The notes under the pieces: generated by a model | What the model saw: only the letters and a program-made list of their open reading frames with translations | Database searches by the model: none | What the model was told of the DNA's origin: nothing | Shown here: one piece after another, positions 41,181-50,671 of the stretch | Numbering within the stretch: the stretch's first letter is position 1 | Layout: each line of letters starts with the position of its first letter | Translations under genes and position numbers: made by a program | NCBI GenBank assembly: GCA_024683775.1 | Contig: GCA_024683775.1_4106.1 | Direction: 5' to 3' (one strand) | Source of the DNA: a phage | DNA: 64,000 bases

Positions 41181-41660
41181 TGTACAATCACAATGACAGT
41201 ACTGGTACTGACAATCTTCCCCTACTTCACTTGAAAATGTAAAGGATAGATGAGCTTTTCATTGTAGCGAACAGCAAAAGAAACCCGTTAGATGTGGGCA
41301 TAGTTTGAACCCCTCACGGCAATGCGGCTGTATAAAGAACCACGTTAGGATAGCTGGTGGTTCCTCGATAGACATATAAGGATAACACCTTACGAATTAT
41401 CTAAGGGAGAGTTATCGAATTTTGTACAGGAAAGTTGCGTCCAAAATTTGAGTACTCACATTAAGTATTTGATTGCATAGATACTTAATGAAGATACACT
41501 ATGTTTAAAAGTGTAGACCGTCATATGAAACTGAAGTAGAGAGAAACAGGATGACCCGCTTTCGCACTCGTTATGAGTAATCTTCAATGCAATAGCTCTG
41601 ATACCATCAGCGTCAAATTTCCCTCCGTGCGGGGGGAAGAAAAATCCCTTCCTCAAATCC
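41181..41660 (+). ncRNA. candidate large structured non-coding RNA (~480 nt)
   Basis: Extended -10 TGaTACAAT at 41166-41174. No plausible ORF. Hairpins GAACCAC...GTGGTTC, CATTAAGTAT...ATACTTAATG and ACACT...AGTGT. Terminal hairpin TTCCCTCC-GTGC-GGGGGGAA. Confidence 0.4.
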
Positions 41661-41678
41661 CGTCAATATTAAAAGTCC

Positions 41679-41707
41679 TTGACAGTTATGATTCATTCGC
41701 GTAGAAT
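41679..41707 (+). promoter_or_regulatory. sigma70-type promoter
   Basis: TTGACA at 41679-41684, 17 bp spacer, TAGAAT at 41702-41707. Confidence 0.55.
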
Positions 41708-41771
41708 ACGTAGTATTAGAAGCGAACAGACATCTCGAAGAGATGGATGATTAACCATTGAGGAATATCTA

Positions 41772-41981
41772 ATGAATTCAGTAATCTTTTTAATTATTGC
41801 TCTTTCACCACAATCTGGTGTACAAATCACCCCAATGAATTCAATGAATCAATGCATTGCAGTACGTGACAGTACGTATGAACAAGTAAACAGCGTTTCA
41901 CTTAGAACAGTTGGTGAAGAATTAATGTGGTGTTACAATAGTAATACTAAAGAAAAACTAATTGTTGGACAAACAGAATGA
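41772..41981 (+). CDS. small secreted or membrane-anchored protein
   Basis: Hydrophobic N-terminus 'SVIFLIIALSPQSG'. Confidence 0.5.
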   Translation: MNSVIFLIIALSPQSGVQITPMNSMNQCIAVRDSTYEQVNSVSLRTVGEELMWCYNSNTKEKLIVGQTE

Positions 41982-42208
41982 GTTATGGTGTTCGTTTTGA
42001 GATTCGTTCTATTGTTATCAATGACGAGAAACAAGCATCGTTGGATGGCGATATACGAGAACTATATCTATCATGTATCCGTGCGAAATCTGAAGCAGAT
42101 GCCTTAGTACAAATGTATAGTTTTAACTTTTCAAATGGATTCTATTTGGTACGAGTTATTGAAGTGAAAAAAGTACTTATTGGTTGTAGCATAGAAGGAT
42201 TAATGTAA
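41978..42208 (+). CDS. hypothetical protein
   Basis: 76 aa ORF. ATGA overlap upstream. Confidence 0.5.
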   Translation: MSYGVRFEIRSIVINDEKQASLDGDIRELYLSCIRAKSEADALVQMYSFNFSNGFYLVRVIEVKKVLIGCSIEGLM

Positions 42209-42209
42209 A

Positions 42210-43004
42210 ATGAGCACTATAGATGAATTGATTCGCCGGAATTCAAAATACTACGACCCATCAGAAATTGTCGGCAACATTACTAAATCTGAGTTCGGCC
42301 CAAATACTCGAAAACTCATTCATGTAATGTCACGTGATGGCTTTAAATGTGATTGTTGTGGTGAATCCAATGTGGTATTCACTTTACATAAGCACAGTAC
42401 TAAAGACCGTTATAAATTCAGACCTTATGTACTTAAAGGGAAACGCCTTGTACGCATGACGTTAGACCATAATGTACTGGACTGTCTTCAGGGCGGTAAT
42501 GATAAAGAGAACATGACCGCATTGTGTGAGGATTGTAACGCATTACGCCAGCATAAGTTTGCTGAGTACAGTGAGTTTAAGCACTGGTATCATAACGCTG
42601 ATCGTTCTATCGAGCCTGACGTTAACTACTGCTTCATTGAGTATATTAAGAATGCTAAAGATACGTACATTCTTAAATCAATGTCACCTATTACAGTGTT
42701 CCCTGAGAATCTATTCAGTACTATGCAGCGTGATTTTAAACGTGGTATCATTAATGCATTCAAACATTTAGACAAAGGTATCAAGCACTTTGAGGTGCAA
42801 TGCTTAAATGAAGGAATGAATCGTTTAGTACAAATTTACATGAAATCATTTATAGGTGTTGACACCGCACGTCTACCAGTATATAATTACTTTATTGAAA
42901 GCGAAGAAGGTGAATCACTTCGTGATTATGGTGAAAGATTTAATAATAAAGTTTTCACTGCAATCGCAAACGAGATTCATTACTATAAACCATATGTAAT
43001 TTAA
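42210..43004 (+). CDS. HNH endonuclease
   Basis: 'CDCCGES...TLDHNVLDCLQGGNDKENMTALCEDCNALR' matches the C-x2-C ... D-H ... N ... C-x2-C pattern. Confidence 0.7.
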   Translation: MSTIDELIRRNSKYYDPSEIVGNITKSEFGPNTRKLIHVMSRDGFKCDCCGESNVVFTLHKHSTKDRYKFRPYVLKGKRLVRMTLDHNVLDCLQGGNDKENMTALCEDCNALRQHKFAEYSEFKHWYHNADRSIEPDVNYCFIEYIKNAKDTYILKSMSPITVFPENLFSTMQRDFKRGIINAFKHLDKGIKHFEVQCLNEGMNRLVQIYMKSFIGVDTARLPVYNYFIESEEGESLRDYGERFNNKVFTAIANEIHYYKPYVI

Positions 43005-43018
43005 TTAGAGGATATATC

Positions 43019-43201
43019 ATGCAAATCATCATTCTTATCGTAGGTATCATTCTTGGTGTATATGGTCACTCCTGGATGAACGAGAAGTTCCCTAATACCC
43101 GTCCTGAGTATTGCAGTACTAATGTATTCCAGAATGGTGAGAAACCAAAGGATAGTATTGGTAAGAAACTGGACAAAGTACTTGACGTAATCAACGAATA
43201 A
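43019..43201 (+). CDS. small membrane-anchored protein
   Basis: 'MQIIILIVGIILGVYGHSW'. Confidence 0.5.
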   Translation: MQIIILIVGIILGVYGHSWMNEKFPNTRPEYCSTNVFQNGEKPKDSIGKKLDKVLDVINE

Positions 43202-43210
43202 GGGTAAAGT

Positions 43211-43411
43211 ATGTTTAAATCAAATACAAATGTTGGTAAGAAGGTTCAATTACTTGAGGATGTATCCACCTTGAGTGGAATTTTCCCAAGAGGTCACATC
43301 ATGACTATTATTGCCGAAACATCCCGTGGGTGGGATTTGGAAGATGCTGATGGTAATCGCATCCTTGAGGCTGGATTCTATGGTCATCGTGAATATAAAA
43401 TCATTGATTAA
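43211..43411 (+). CDS. hypothetical protein
   Basis: 66 aa ORF. Confidence 0.5.
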   Translation: MFKSNTNVGKKVQLLEDVSTLSGIFPRGHIMTIIAETSRGWDLEDADGNRILEAGFYGHREYKIID

Positions 43412-43420
43412 GGATGCAAC

Positions 43421-43504
43421 ATGACTTTAGAGATTGTCTTTGGTATTGTTAGCTTAGTCGTCTGTGTGGGTTGGTTTGGGTATCTGATGATTTTTGGTGA
43501 TTAA
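43421..43504 (+). CDS. 27-aa hydrophobic peptide (not in ORF track)
   Basis: MTLEIVFGIVSLVVCVGWFGYLMIFGD, after an AAGGA RBS. Confidence 0.3.
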   Translation: MTLEIVFGIVSLVVCVGWFGYLMIFGD

Positions 43505-43507
43505 TAC

Positions 43508-43535
43508 TTGACATAAGATATCAGTACTGTATAAT
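43508..43535 (+). promoter_or_regulatory. sigma70-type promoter followed by a long leader hairpin
   Basis: TTGACA at 43508-43513 and TATAAT at 43530-43535. The leader has GCAGTGA...TCACTGC and then a T-run. Confidence 0.55.
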
Positions 43536-43628
43536 GTTTATATCAAAGGGAATGCAGTGAAAGGAAAGACAGCATAATCGTACTCGTCACTGCGTTTCCA
43601 CCCTTTTAAATTAAATGAGGAATTAACT

Positions 43629-43937
43629 ATGTTTCAAACTAACACTCAAGGTTTTGTAATCATCGATTTGAACCAAAACAGCGGTTATTGGATGAAACCT
43701 ACTGACGCATGTATGCAGTTTGATTTTTTAGGTTACAGGATTAGTGTAAGTACTGGTGCTTCTGTACTGCGTGGTGGTTGTATCGTTGAACATCTGGTAA
43801 CAGATCCTGAAGGCCGTGAGTATGAAATCGCAGGTTCAGTACAAGATGCCATTATGTTTGTATGTCAGCGTGAAATGAATAGTTCGAATTCAAATGCACT
43901 GACTCATGCTCTTTCTCAAGAAGTGGAGGTTCGTTAA
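43629..43937 (+). CDS. hypothetical protein
   Basis: 102 aa ORF with a GAGGAA RBS. Confidence 0.55.
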   Translation: MFQTNTQGFVIIDLNQNSGYWMKPTDACMQFDFLGYRISVSTGASVLRGGCIVEHLVTDPEGREYEIAGSVQDAIMFVCQREMNSSNSNALTHALSQEVEVR

Positions 43938-44188
43938 TGAAATATATCGTAGCAGTACTCGTTGCATTTTTACTCACTGCATGTGACGCTTCAACCAAAG
44001 AACGCACAAGTGATTTTATTCTCCCTATTGAATTACAAGAAGCAGGATGTAAGATTTATCGTATGCAAAAGGACGGTGCTGGCGTAACCTTGTATACAGT
44101 TTATTGCCCTAATGCAAATACCAGTACTGGATACAGCAGCGGTAAAACACGAATCAATACTTCAGTGATTAATGGAGTACAACAATGA
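43937..44188 (+). CDS. lipoprotein
   Basis: Signal peptide plus lipobox, 'VAVLVAFLLTAC'. Confidence 0.6.
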   Translation: MKYIVAVLVAFLLTACDASTKERTSDFILPIELQEAGCKIYRMQKDGAGVTLYTVYCPNANTSTGYSSGKTRINTSVINGVQQ

Positions 44189-44553
44189 GCCTTGATACAA
44201 CCCGTGCAACAGATTTATTAACTCGTCTGAATGATGAAGAATATCTTGCTGAAATAAAGTACAAGCTTGAAAAACTGGCACGAAGTGCTGAAGTAATTGA
44301 AGTTAAAGGTCATTTACCAATGGATCAATTCCATACGTTCAAAGAAGATATGGTTTATTATCCAAATGAAATTTGGATTGAGTGGGAACATTGGACTAAC
44401 AAAACTCTACGCATTGAAGGTTATTGTGTAAATTATGAATCTGAACCTGGTGATGTTACAAAAACTCTCTCCATTTGGTGTACAAAAACACATGAACTAG
44501 TTGAGGTGAATTTGAATTATATGAAAGGTTTCCGTTGGGGTGATGTTAAATGA
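44185..44553 (+). CDS. hypothetical protein
   Basis: 122 aa ORF. ATGA overlap upstream. Confidence 0.55.
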   Translation: MSLDTTRATDLLTRLNDEEYLAEIKYKLEKLARSAEVIEVKGHLPMDQFHTFKEDMVYYPNEIWIEWEHWTNKTLRIEGYCVNYESEPGDVTKTLSIWCTKTHELVEVNLNYMKGFRWGDVK

Positions 44554-44825
44554 TTAAAAAACTATTGACAGTTGTCTTTGTATTCTGTACAATGTTTCTT
44601 ACAGCATGTAATGATGACGGCAGGTTTAGTGCAAAAGACTTAGTTCGTCAGGATTGTACATTCACAGGTAAGTCTTTTATTAACGAGTATGAGGTATGTA
44701 CACAATCAGGCCGTATCTGTGGTGGTTGGGAAAAACGTCAGGAGAGATTGTATGTATATGAATGCCCTGGACATCTCAACAAAGTACTAAGCACACACAA
44801 ACTTGTTTATGATAAGGTTGAATAA
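44550..44825 (+). CDS. lipoprotein
   Basis: Signal peptide plus lipobox, 'VVFVFCTMFLTAC'. Confidence 0.6.
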   Translation: MIKKLLTVVFVFCTMFLTACNDDGRFSAKDLVRQDCTFTGKSFINEYEVCTQSGRICGGWEKRQERLYVYECPGHLNKVLSTHKLVYDKVE

Positions 44826-45040
44826 TGACTACCAATGAAATGATGCAGGTTATTTGGGATAAAGGTTGTGATATTAAAATCACTAGTACTGATGTTCGTG
44901 TATTCAAAACTGAATATATGGAGTACTTGGACCTTGATACTTATAATAATATTGTATCAATTGAACACAAAGGTGCAGTACTGGAAACAATTGACGTAGT
45001 ACTGAAGAAAGCTACCGACCTATTAGGAGCGGCAGTGTGA
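44825..45040 (+). CDS. hypothetical protein
   Basis: 71 aa ORF. TAATG overlap upstream. Confidence 0.5.
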   Translation: MTTNEMMQVIWDKGCDIKITSTDVRVFKTEYMEYLDLDTYNNIVSIEHKGAVLETIDVVLKKATDLLGAAV

Positions 45041-45183
45041 ATAACAAAGAGTGGGAAGAGTACCGTAAGAAGTGCAGGGAGTTTGATAAAGAACTAACTG
45101 GTACAGTGAATGCAGTAATGTGGGTATCTGTAATTATTGCAGTTCTTGCGTTGGGTGCTATTATTATTAATAAATTATTCTAA
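45037..45183 (+). CDS. 48-aa C-terminally anchored membrane peptide (not in ORF track)
   Basis: GTG start 7 nt after AGGAG. The C-terminus reads 'VMWVSVIIAVLALGAIIINKLF'. Confidence 0.35.
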   Translation: MNNKEWEEYRKKCREFDKELTGTVNAVMWVSVIIAVLALGAIIINKLF

Positions 45184-45193
45184 GGCGAATATC

Positions 45194-45394
45194 ATGTTTA
45201 CTTTATATCTCGCAGTAGTTCTCACCAATGGTGAAATCACTCGTACTATTGGTGAAGGTGTATATAAAACACCAGACCAGTGCTACTCTGCTACTCATTG
45301 GCCTCGCGATAGTGGGGATGAAACTCGCACTGAATTCAAATGCATGAAAGTAAAAGGTGATTTTGTTAACCTTAAGGTTATCGAGGCGAAATAA
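45194..45394 (+). CDS. small hypothetical protein
   Basis: ATG at 45194 within track ORF 45137..45394. Confidence 0.45.
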   Translation: MFTLYLAVVLTNGEITRTIGEGVYKTPDQCYSATHWPRDSGDETRTEFKCMKVKGDFVNLKVIEAK

Positions 45395-45909
45395 TGGATA
45401 TTAATGAGTTGTTGATCTTATTGTTTAATCGTGGAAATGATGTAAGACGTTCTGAATATCAAGACAAAATTCACATTGAAACTGATAAATGTTATGGTAA
45501 AACAACTCATGAGATTTTGAAGCCAAATGGCAAACGATATGCCGATGTATGTTTTCATGAACGAAGTGATGGTAGTGAAATAATCAGTACTGAAATTGTG
45601 TTTTATGATAGATCCTCGGCAGGTTCGTATGAAATAGAACTTATATATTGCCCTGGTTCAGAAACACACAATAAACGTCAGATATTATATGATGTTTATT
45701 CACCTCCAGGTGTAGCTGAATATTTTGTTATTGATTACAGTACTGAAGAAAGTGTGTTTCAACAGAGCTTGATTCATAACTTCCAGTTGAATGATCCAAA
45801 TGTACCAAAGTTGTTCAAACTACTCGATACTATCGATGTTGATTTTGAATTTGTTATGTGCATTAGAACTTCCTTGATCGATGAATTTATGGAACTACTT
45901 AATATATGA
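45394..45909 (+). CDS. acidic-FQxS motif paralog family protein
   Basis: Motif 'STEESVFQQSLIHN'. Confidence 0.65.
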   Translation: MDINELLILLFNRGNDVRRSEYQDKIHIETDKCYGKTTHEILKPNGKRYADVCFHERSDGSEIISTEIVFYDRSSAGSYEIELIYCPGSETHNKRQILYDVYSPPGVAEYFVIDYSTEESVFQQSLIHNFQLNDPNVPKLFKLLDTIDVDFEFVMCIRTSLIDEFMELLNI

Positions 45910-46127
45910 ATCGTTACTACATTGTGTATGAGCATGTATCTGAGTTTAATAATGTACGTGGTTATAAGAAAGAAGTACAGAAGATTGATGTATTTGTTCG
46001 TGCATTAAGTCCAACACATGCACTATTTAAATTGTTTGATGAAGTAACTAAGTACAACACATCAAAAACACAACGCTATATTGAAACAGTACATAGTGTA
46101 ATACTCACTGAATATGATGGAGAATGA
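45906..46127 (+). CDS. hypothetical protein
   Basis: 73 aa ORF. ATGA overlap upstream. Confidence 0.5.
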   Translation: MNRYYIVYEHVSEFNNVRGYKKEVQKIDVFVRALSPTHALFKLFDEVTKYNTSKTQRYIETVHSVILTEYDGE

Positions 46128-46130
46128 CAA

Positions 46131-46349
46131 ATGAATTTATATCTAGTTGAAGGGTCAGTACAAGTATCCAAGCAAGACGGAGAAGGGTATCGTTTTTCAC
46201 ATGTAGAATATTTTAAGTACGTAGTAAAGGCCGATGGTCAGTACGACGCAGAAATTCAGGTTGAAGAATCATTCCGTAAGAAGAATGATATTGGTAAATT
46301 TGAATACCAAGACTTACAATTCACTGTATGGCCTAGTATTAATGACTAA
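46131..46349 (+). CDS. hypothetical protein
   Basis: 72 aa ORF. Confidence 0.5.
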   Translation: MNLYLVEGSVQVSKQDGEGYRFSHVEYFKYVVKADGQYDAEIQVEESFRKKNDIGKFEYQDLQFTVWPSIND

Positions 46350-46350
46350 G

Positions 46351-46557
46351 ATGTGGTGGTGTCATGGTGTCTACAATGTCTATGAATATGGTAGATTCAA
46401 AATGAGCAGTACCTATGCCAGACGTGTTAATGCGAAAACCCAAGTTGATGCTGCTTGTGAGATTGTAGAGTGGTATGCAGAGTTCAATGCAATTGAATAT
46501 ATGTACGAAATAGTTACAATAAATGTTGTACAAATTGACACGTCTTTGATACAATAA
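46351..46557 (+). CDS. hypothetical protein
   Basis: ATG at 46351 directly after the upstream stop. The track start at 46234 overlaps the upstream gene. Confidence 0.45.
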   Translation: MWWCHGVYNVYEYGRFKMSSTYARRVNAKTQVDAACEIVEWYAEFNAIEYMYEIVTINVVQIDTSLIQ

Positions 46558-46590
46558 CTACATCAAAAAACAACTGCAACTGAGGATACT

Positions 46591-47253
46591 ATGTTAGTTA
46601 ATCTTAATTTCATCACTTCTCCTGATTGGGCATTGCGTGGTGTTTCTTTGAACTTTAAAGAAACTAATTTCGACTACATTGGTGATTGTACTTTAGTTAA
46701 TGCTAAATTTGATCCTCATCATCCTTTTTGGGCTGAAATTCATGATCCTAATGTAAACAATAGTACATCTGTTATGACTATTGTACAGACGAAACATACA
46801 GGTATCCTCGCAGGTTACAGACCAGGACATGCGATTGAACACTTCACTGATTATGATGTAGTAGATGAGTATCCAATGATCCATGAAGATGGAAGTTTAT
46901 ACACGTCAGAAGACTTCCGTGCTATCTTTAATAGTACTGATGACATTCTACCAAGTGGTCGTCCACGTCCTGAGTCTTATCTTATGCACTCGTCTTATGG
47001 TGTAGCAGATACGCTTGAACAGATTTTGACGAAGTACAAGAACCTTATTGAAGGTCCAGAAGAAATTGTCATGTGCTATCATCCAGTACTGAAGTCTGAC
47101 CAACCAGAGAGTGGTGGGTGGCGTTGGCATAAGAATGGTGAGTACATCGGTACTAAGCGTAGTAAAGAACGCTTTGAGTACTTGTATGATGAGCCAGATG
47201 TTGAGGTTGTTTTATGTTATAATTTTCTTAAGGTGAAAAAGAAATGTATCTAG
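46591..47253 (+). CDS. hypothetical protein
   Basis: 220 aa ORF with a GAGGA RBS. Confidence 0.6.
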   Translation: MLVNLNFITSPDWALRGVSLNFKETNFDYIGDCTLVNAKFDPHHPFWAEIHDPNVNNSTSVMTIVQTKHTGILAGYRPGHAIEHFTDYDVVDEYPMIHEDGSLYTSEDFRAIFNSTDDILPSGRPRPESYLMHSSYGVADTLEQILTKYKNLIEGPEEIVMCYHPVLKSDQPESGGWRWHKNGEYIGTKRSKERFEYLYDEPDVEVVLCYNFLKVKKKCI

Positions 47254-47486
47254 TATTGAGTTTTGTAGTTGCATTATTGTTTATGTTCTACCCTACACTA
47301 GTAGCAGTAGCCACTAAACGAAAGCTGGTGGATATCACTACTGTATTCTTGCTAAACGTGGCACTCGTTCTAGTGTCTATTATCATTCCCGTGAGCTTTA
47401 CGGTTATTGATATGGCATCTGTATTACTATTCGTCTTCAGTTATCTTATGCTTATTGAAGAAAAACCTGTTGACAAACGTTTGTAG
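47244..47486 (+). CDS. small membrane protein (3 TM)
   Basis: Hydrophobic throughout. A promoter (TTGACA at 47470) is embedded in its 3' end. Confidence 0.55.
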   Translation: MYLVLSFVVALLFMFYPTLVAVATKRKLVDITTVFLLNVALVLVSIIIPVSFTVIDMASVLLFVFSYLMLIEEKPVDKRL

Positions 47487-47497
47487 TACTGTATAAT
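47470..47497 (+). promoter_or_regulatory. sigma70-type promoter
   Basis: TTGACA at 47470-47475, 16 bp spacer, TATAAT at 47492-47497. AGTACTG occupies the spacer. Confidence 0.55.
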
Positions 47498-47544
47498 GGT
47501 TCTTGTAGTCTGAAACTTAACACTTAAACTTGAGGATATAAAAC

Positions 47545-47871
47545 ATGTTATCAGTTCTAATTTCAATTCCTGCTCTAATTCTGTTATGGGTTATGGTTTT
47601 CGAATTCTTCATTAAAGACGAAACCGAGCGTGATGAGTTTCGTGAGTTGTTTATGCTAGACTCACCTATTGCACGAATCTTCTTTGTTGTAGTACTTATT
47701 TCAGTACTGTCATGGTTAGTAAGTTTTGTATTACCAATTGGACCATTTGTTTCAATTATGAATTTAGTTGAGAACATTGTCGGTATTGTGTGGTTTATTA
47801 ATGCATTGTTTGCTGGTAAAGTTTCCATTTGGTTTGATATCTTGAAAGATAAACTAACTAGTAAGAAGTAA
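47545..47871 (+). CDS. small membrane protein (3 TM)
   Basis: Hydrophobic helices. Confidence 0.55.
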   Translation: MLSVLISIPALILLWVMVFEFFIKDETERDEFRELFMLDSPIARIFFVVVLISVLSWLVSFVLPIGPFVSIMNLVENIVGIVWFINALFAGKVSIWFDILKDKLTSKK

Positions 47872-47949
47872 CGTTCAAAAAGTCTCTAATAGTATTAAAT
47901 ACTTCTGTACAAATAATATGTGCAGAAGTATTGCTCGTTAGAGGTTATA

Positions 47950-48315
47950 ATGAAAAAATATATAAGAATGATAATGGTGTTTGTAGTATTCATGCTTTAT
48001 TCAAGGTTCAGTACAGCCGTACCTGCTTACCTTGATTGTATGGGAAACGATGGAACATGGCATGTACTTTCTAATGACCCACAAAATGGAAACAATATTG
48101 TCGTAGATAATGAGGTTTACCGTTTCAGGGCCGAGAGTTTGATTGGGAATAAAAAGGTATCGACATATAAATCAGATGCTGGTATAATAGCAAATGTAAT
48201 ATTGATAGTGGACCCCAAGACAAAGGATGGGGATATTTACATAGTCATTTATCAAGATTCGTCGAACAAACGCGATCAGGATATTGATAAATTGAATATT
48301 CATTGTGAACTTTAA
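47950..48315 (+). CDS. secreted Cys-bracketed small protein family member
   Basis: Signal peptide 'MKKYIRMIMVFVVFMLYSRFSTA'. Cys close to the N-terminus of the mature protein ('LDCMGNDG') and near the C-terminus ('IHCEL'). 'NEVYRF' motif. Confidence 0.55.
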   Translation: MKKYIRMIMVFVVFMLYSRFSTAVPAYLDCMGNDGTWHVLSNDPQNGNNIVVDNEVYRFRAESLIGNKKVSTYKSDAGIIANVILIVDPKTKDGDIYIVIYQDSSNKRDQDIDKLNIHCEL

Positions 48316-48325
48316 GGTATAACAA

Positions 48326-48709
48326 ATGATCAACGATGTAATGCTTTATGTATTAATTACTCCGATTCTTATTAACTCAGTAATAACTATTTCAATGGCA
48401 TTATTTGGTATAGTAGCAATTGTTTATGCGGTTAGTACTGGAAAGTATACTTTAATTAGTAAGGTTGATTCATGGTTCGCATCTGATAGTGTACCATATT
48501 CAGCTAGTATGATTACGATTGGTATTCTAATCGTTGCATTTACACTGCACTGTATTGGTTTTATTAATACAAGTATTTTTTCAGTTTTTATTGGTCTATC
48601 ATTATATCCATCACTTTGGTACTTGATTTATGTAATCGATGTTTGGTATAATAACTACAAGCAGTACAAAGTGAAGAAATCCATTTTATCCAAAGGAAAC
48701 AAATCATGA
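48326..48709 (+). CDS. multi-pass membrane protein
   Basis: About four hydrophobic helices. Confidence 0.55.
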   Translation: MINDVMLYVLITPILINSVITISMALFGIVAIVYAVSTGKYTLISKVDSWFASDSVPYSASMITIGILIVAFTLHCIGFINTSIFSVFIGLSLYPSLWYLIYVIDVWYNNYKQYKVKKSILSKGNKS

Positions 48710-49056
48710 AAGTAATTTTGTTTTTTGTTTGTATGATTATATGTGGTATGTCTTATGCAGAACCATTACCTGGACTAGTCTGTACTGAAGGTGATATTAA
48801 ACACATTTACCAAGGTGATAGCGATGACCATACTATCGTTTATATCGATGGTGAAGTGTATAATTTTGTTAAAGAACATACTGTAGGTGACATTAGTTTT
48901 ACGCAGTACTCGAATGATACTGATCCCAATATGCTTGCATTTCTTCAAGTTGATGTATATGAAGAAAGTAATGGCGAACAGTATGTTAAACTTGTGATGA
49001 TGCGTAAGGCAGCAAAACAGGCAACATTCGGTGGCTTGTGTAAATATGAGGACTAA
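48706..49056 (+). CDS. secreted Cys-bracketed small protein family member
   Basis: Signal peptide. Contains 'LVCTEGD', 'GEVYNF' and 'GLCKYED'. Confidence 0.55.
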   Translation: MKVILFFVCMIICGMSYAEPLPGLVCTEGDIKHIYQGDSDDHTIVYIDGEVYNFVKEHTVGDISFTQYSNDTDPNMLAFLQVDVYEESNGEQYVKLVMMRKAAKQATFGGLCKYED

Positions 49057-49060
49057 ACAT

Positions 49061-49252
49061 ATGTTGATTTATCAATGTGATAACATTCGTGTTATGCAGC
49101 ATCCCTACTTACAAATCTTTGATGTGCAGCAGTATATGGAAGGTGATGATCCAAGAACCTATGGTCGTAAGTATGATTACTTCACTGTAAAGCAGTGTCG
49201 TGACATCAAAGAAGTACGACAATTAGTTCAAGAACTTCAAAATAAAGGTTGA
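49061..49252 (+). CDS. hypothetical protein
   Basis: ATG at 49061 after a GAGGA RBS. The stop TGA lies inside the cassette TTGACT. Confidence 0.5.
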   Translation: MLIYQCDNIRVMQHPYLQIFDVQQYMEGDDPRTYGRKYDYFTVKQCRDIKEVRQLVQELQNKG

Positions 49253-49278
49253 CTTCGGTCAACCTTTTTTGTTATAAT
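49244..49278 (+). promoter_or_regulatory. terminator/promoter cassette copy 2
   Basis: AAAGGTTGAC-TTCG-GTCAACCTTT hairpin plus T-run. TTGACT at 49249-49254, 18 bp spacer, TATAAT at 49273-49278. Conserved leader ATTTCATCAACTACTGG. Confidence 0.7.
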
Positions 49279-49307
49279 TATTTCATCAACTACTGGGGAT
49301 TTTAATT

Positions 49308-49748
49308 ATGTACGTATATCGTTTTGAACTTAAATTCAGTTATATTGAACCTAACTTAGATCCAGCAAAAACAGTAGGGCCGTTCGCACGGTACTCTTCA
49401 CGATACAGTACTAAAAATGGATTTGACCGTTTGTGCATGACCACGCCTTCGCAATTCCAACCAGAACCAACTGAAGATGGAATCTATTCAATCAAACGTG
49501 GCTGGGCATTTGGCTGTCAGAGTTTGAATGATTTGTTTAAGTTCTTTACTATGGACTTGGGTAAATTACATCGTGCAGGGTTTGCTGTATCAGTATATGA
49601 AGTTCCTGATAATCATGTTGACATTGGTCGTAGTCAGGTTCAGTACTATTGTGGTAGTGCCAATCTGGTTCGTATCATGTCAGTGAGAGAAGCAAAGGAT
49701 GAGTACCGCCAAAGTAAAAGAGTAATACATGAGGCTGTATATGGATAA
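49308..49748 (+). CDS. hypothetical protein
   Basis: 146 aa ORF. Confidence 0.55.
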   Translation: MYVYRFELKFSYIEPNLDPAKTVGPFARYSSRYSTKNGFDRLCMTTPSQFQPEPTEDGIYSIKRGWAFGCQSLNDLFKFFTMDLGKLHRAGFAVSVYEVPDNHVDIGRSQVQYYCGSANLVRIMSVREAKDEYRQSKRVIHEAVYG

Positions 49749-50085
49749 GACTCAAATAGAATTAAAAAAATTTGTATCGTTTTATCTACCCAATGACCCA
49801 CGTTGTACACAATATGATGTTGCATATTACAATGCATTGACTACGCAGTTAATGAAGAAATTCAAACAATGTTTGACTGTATTCAATGATGATGGTAGAC
49901 GTAGATATAGAATCATTCCAATGAATGATGAAAACGATAACTACTTTGACTTTGATGTTGTTTTTAGAGCATACAGTGATGATAGAATAAAATTAAATTA
50001 TGAGCAAATAATGCTTGACCTGAGTGTTATCTGTGTTATAATTACTCACATAGCCGAACTTGATGGTTTAAAAGAATGGTATTAA
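49741..50085 (+). CDS. hypothetical protein
   Basis: ATG at 49741 overlaps the upstream stop. Confidence 0.5.
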   Translation: MDKTQIELKKFVSFYLPNDPRCTQYDVAYYNALTTQLMKKFKQCLTVFNDDGRRRYRIIPMNDENDNYFDFDVVFRAYSDDRIKLNYEQIMLDLSVICVIITHIAELDGLKEWY

Positions 50086-50099
50086 CTTAGAGGATAATC

Positions 50100-50366
50100 A
50101 TGAAGCTTAAATTACAATACAATGGTTTTACTTTGCGTAACGACACTGAGTTTGTCAATCGTTCACCAGGTGCCGAGTTGTTTTTGCGAGAGATGAACAT
50201 TCCTTTCGTCATCACTACTGTTGGTGACCGTGAAGTGCTACAATACGCAGAGCATCCAGTTATTGATGTTCCGTGGTATTCTGAGCATATGTATATGGAT
50301 ATGGCCCGTCGCTACGACTGTAAGTTCGTAGTTGAAGGTGATAAAATTACAGTCCAATTCAAATAA
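50100..50366 (+). CDS. hypothetical protein
   Basis: 88 aa ORF with a GAGGA RBS. Confidence 0.55.
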   Translation: MKLKLQYNGFTLRNDTEFVNRSPGAELFLREMNIPFVITTVGDREVLQYAEHPVIDVPWYSEHMYMDMARRYDCKFVVEGDKITVQFK

Positions 50367-50377
50367 GGTAACTTAAA

Positions 50378-50671
50378 ATGATCAGTACTTCAGTAAATGC
50401 AAGCATCGTGGCAGACGTAGAAATGGTTAAAGAATGTACAGACGAAACCCTTCGCAACATGTACATCAATGATTTGATTTCAGAGTACGGAAGTCGTGGT
50501 GTTCATGAGTTTGTTCGCCTAAGCGGTGAATTGATGAAGAATCGCATTCGTATGAAGCTTAATGTGCATCCAAAAGCATGGGCGTTTACAATGAAGTACG
50601 CTGAAGATATTGTTGAATTGCGTCGCAATGATGTGTATAATCGTTTACACAATGGTACATTAAAGGACTAA
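50378..50671 (+). CDS. hypothetical protein
   Basis: 97 aa ORF. Confidence 0.55.
   Translation: MISTSVNASIVADVEMVKECTDETLRNMYINDLISEYGSRGVHEFVRLSGELMKNRIRMKLNVHPKAWAFTMKYAEDIVELRRNDVYNRLHNGTLKD

Noticed and set aside
41456-41656. 66-aa minus-strand ORF inside the 41181-41660 non-coding region.
   Set aside because: It has no promoter or RBS on the minus strand, it is the only minus-strand ORF for several kb, and its sequence is low-complexity and odd. It is probably spurious.
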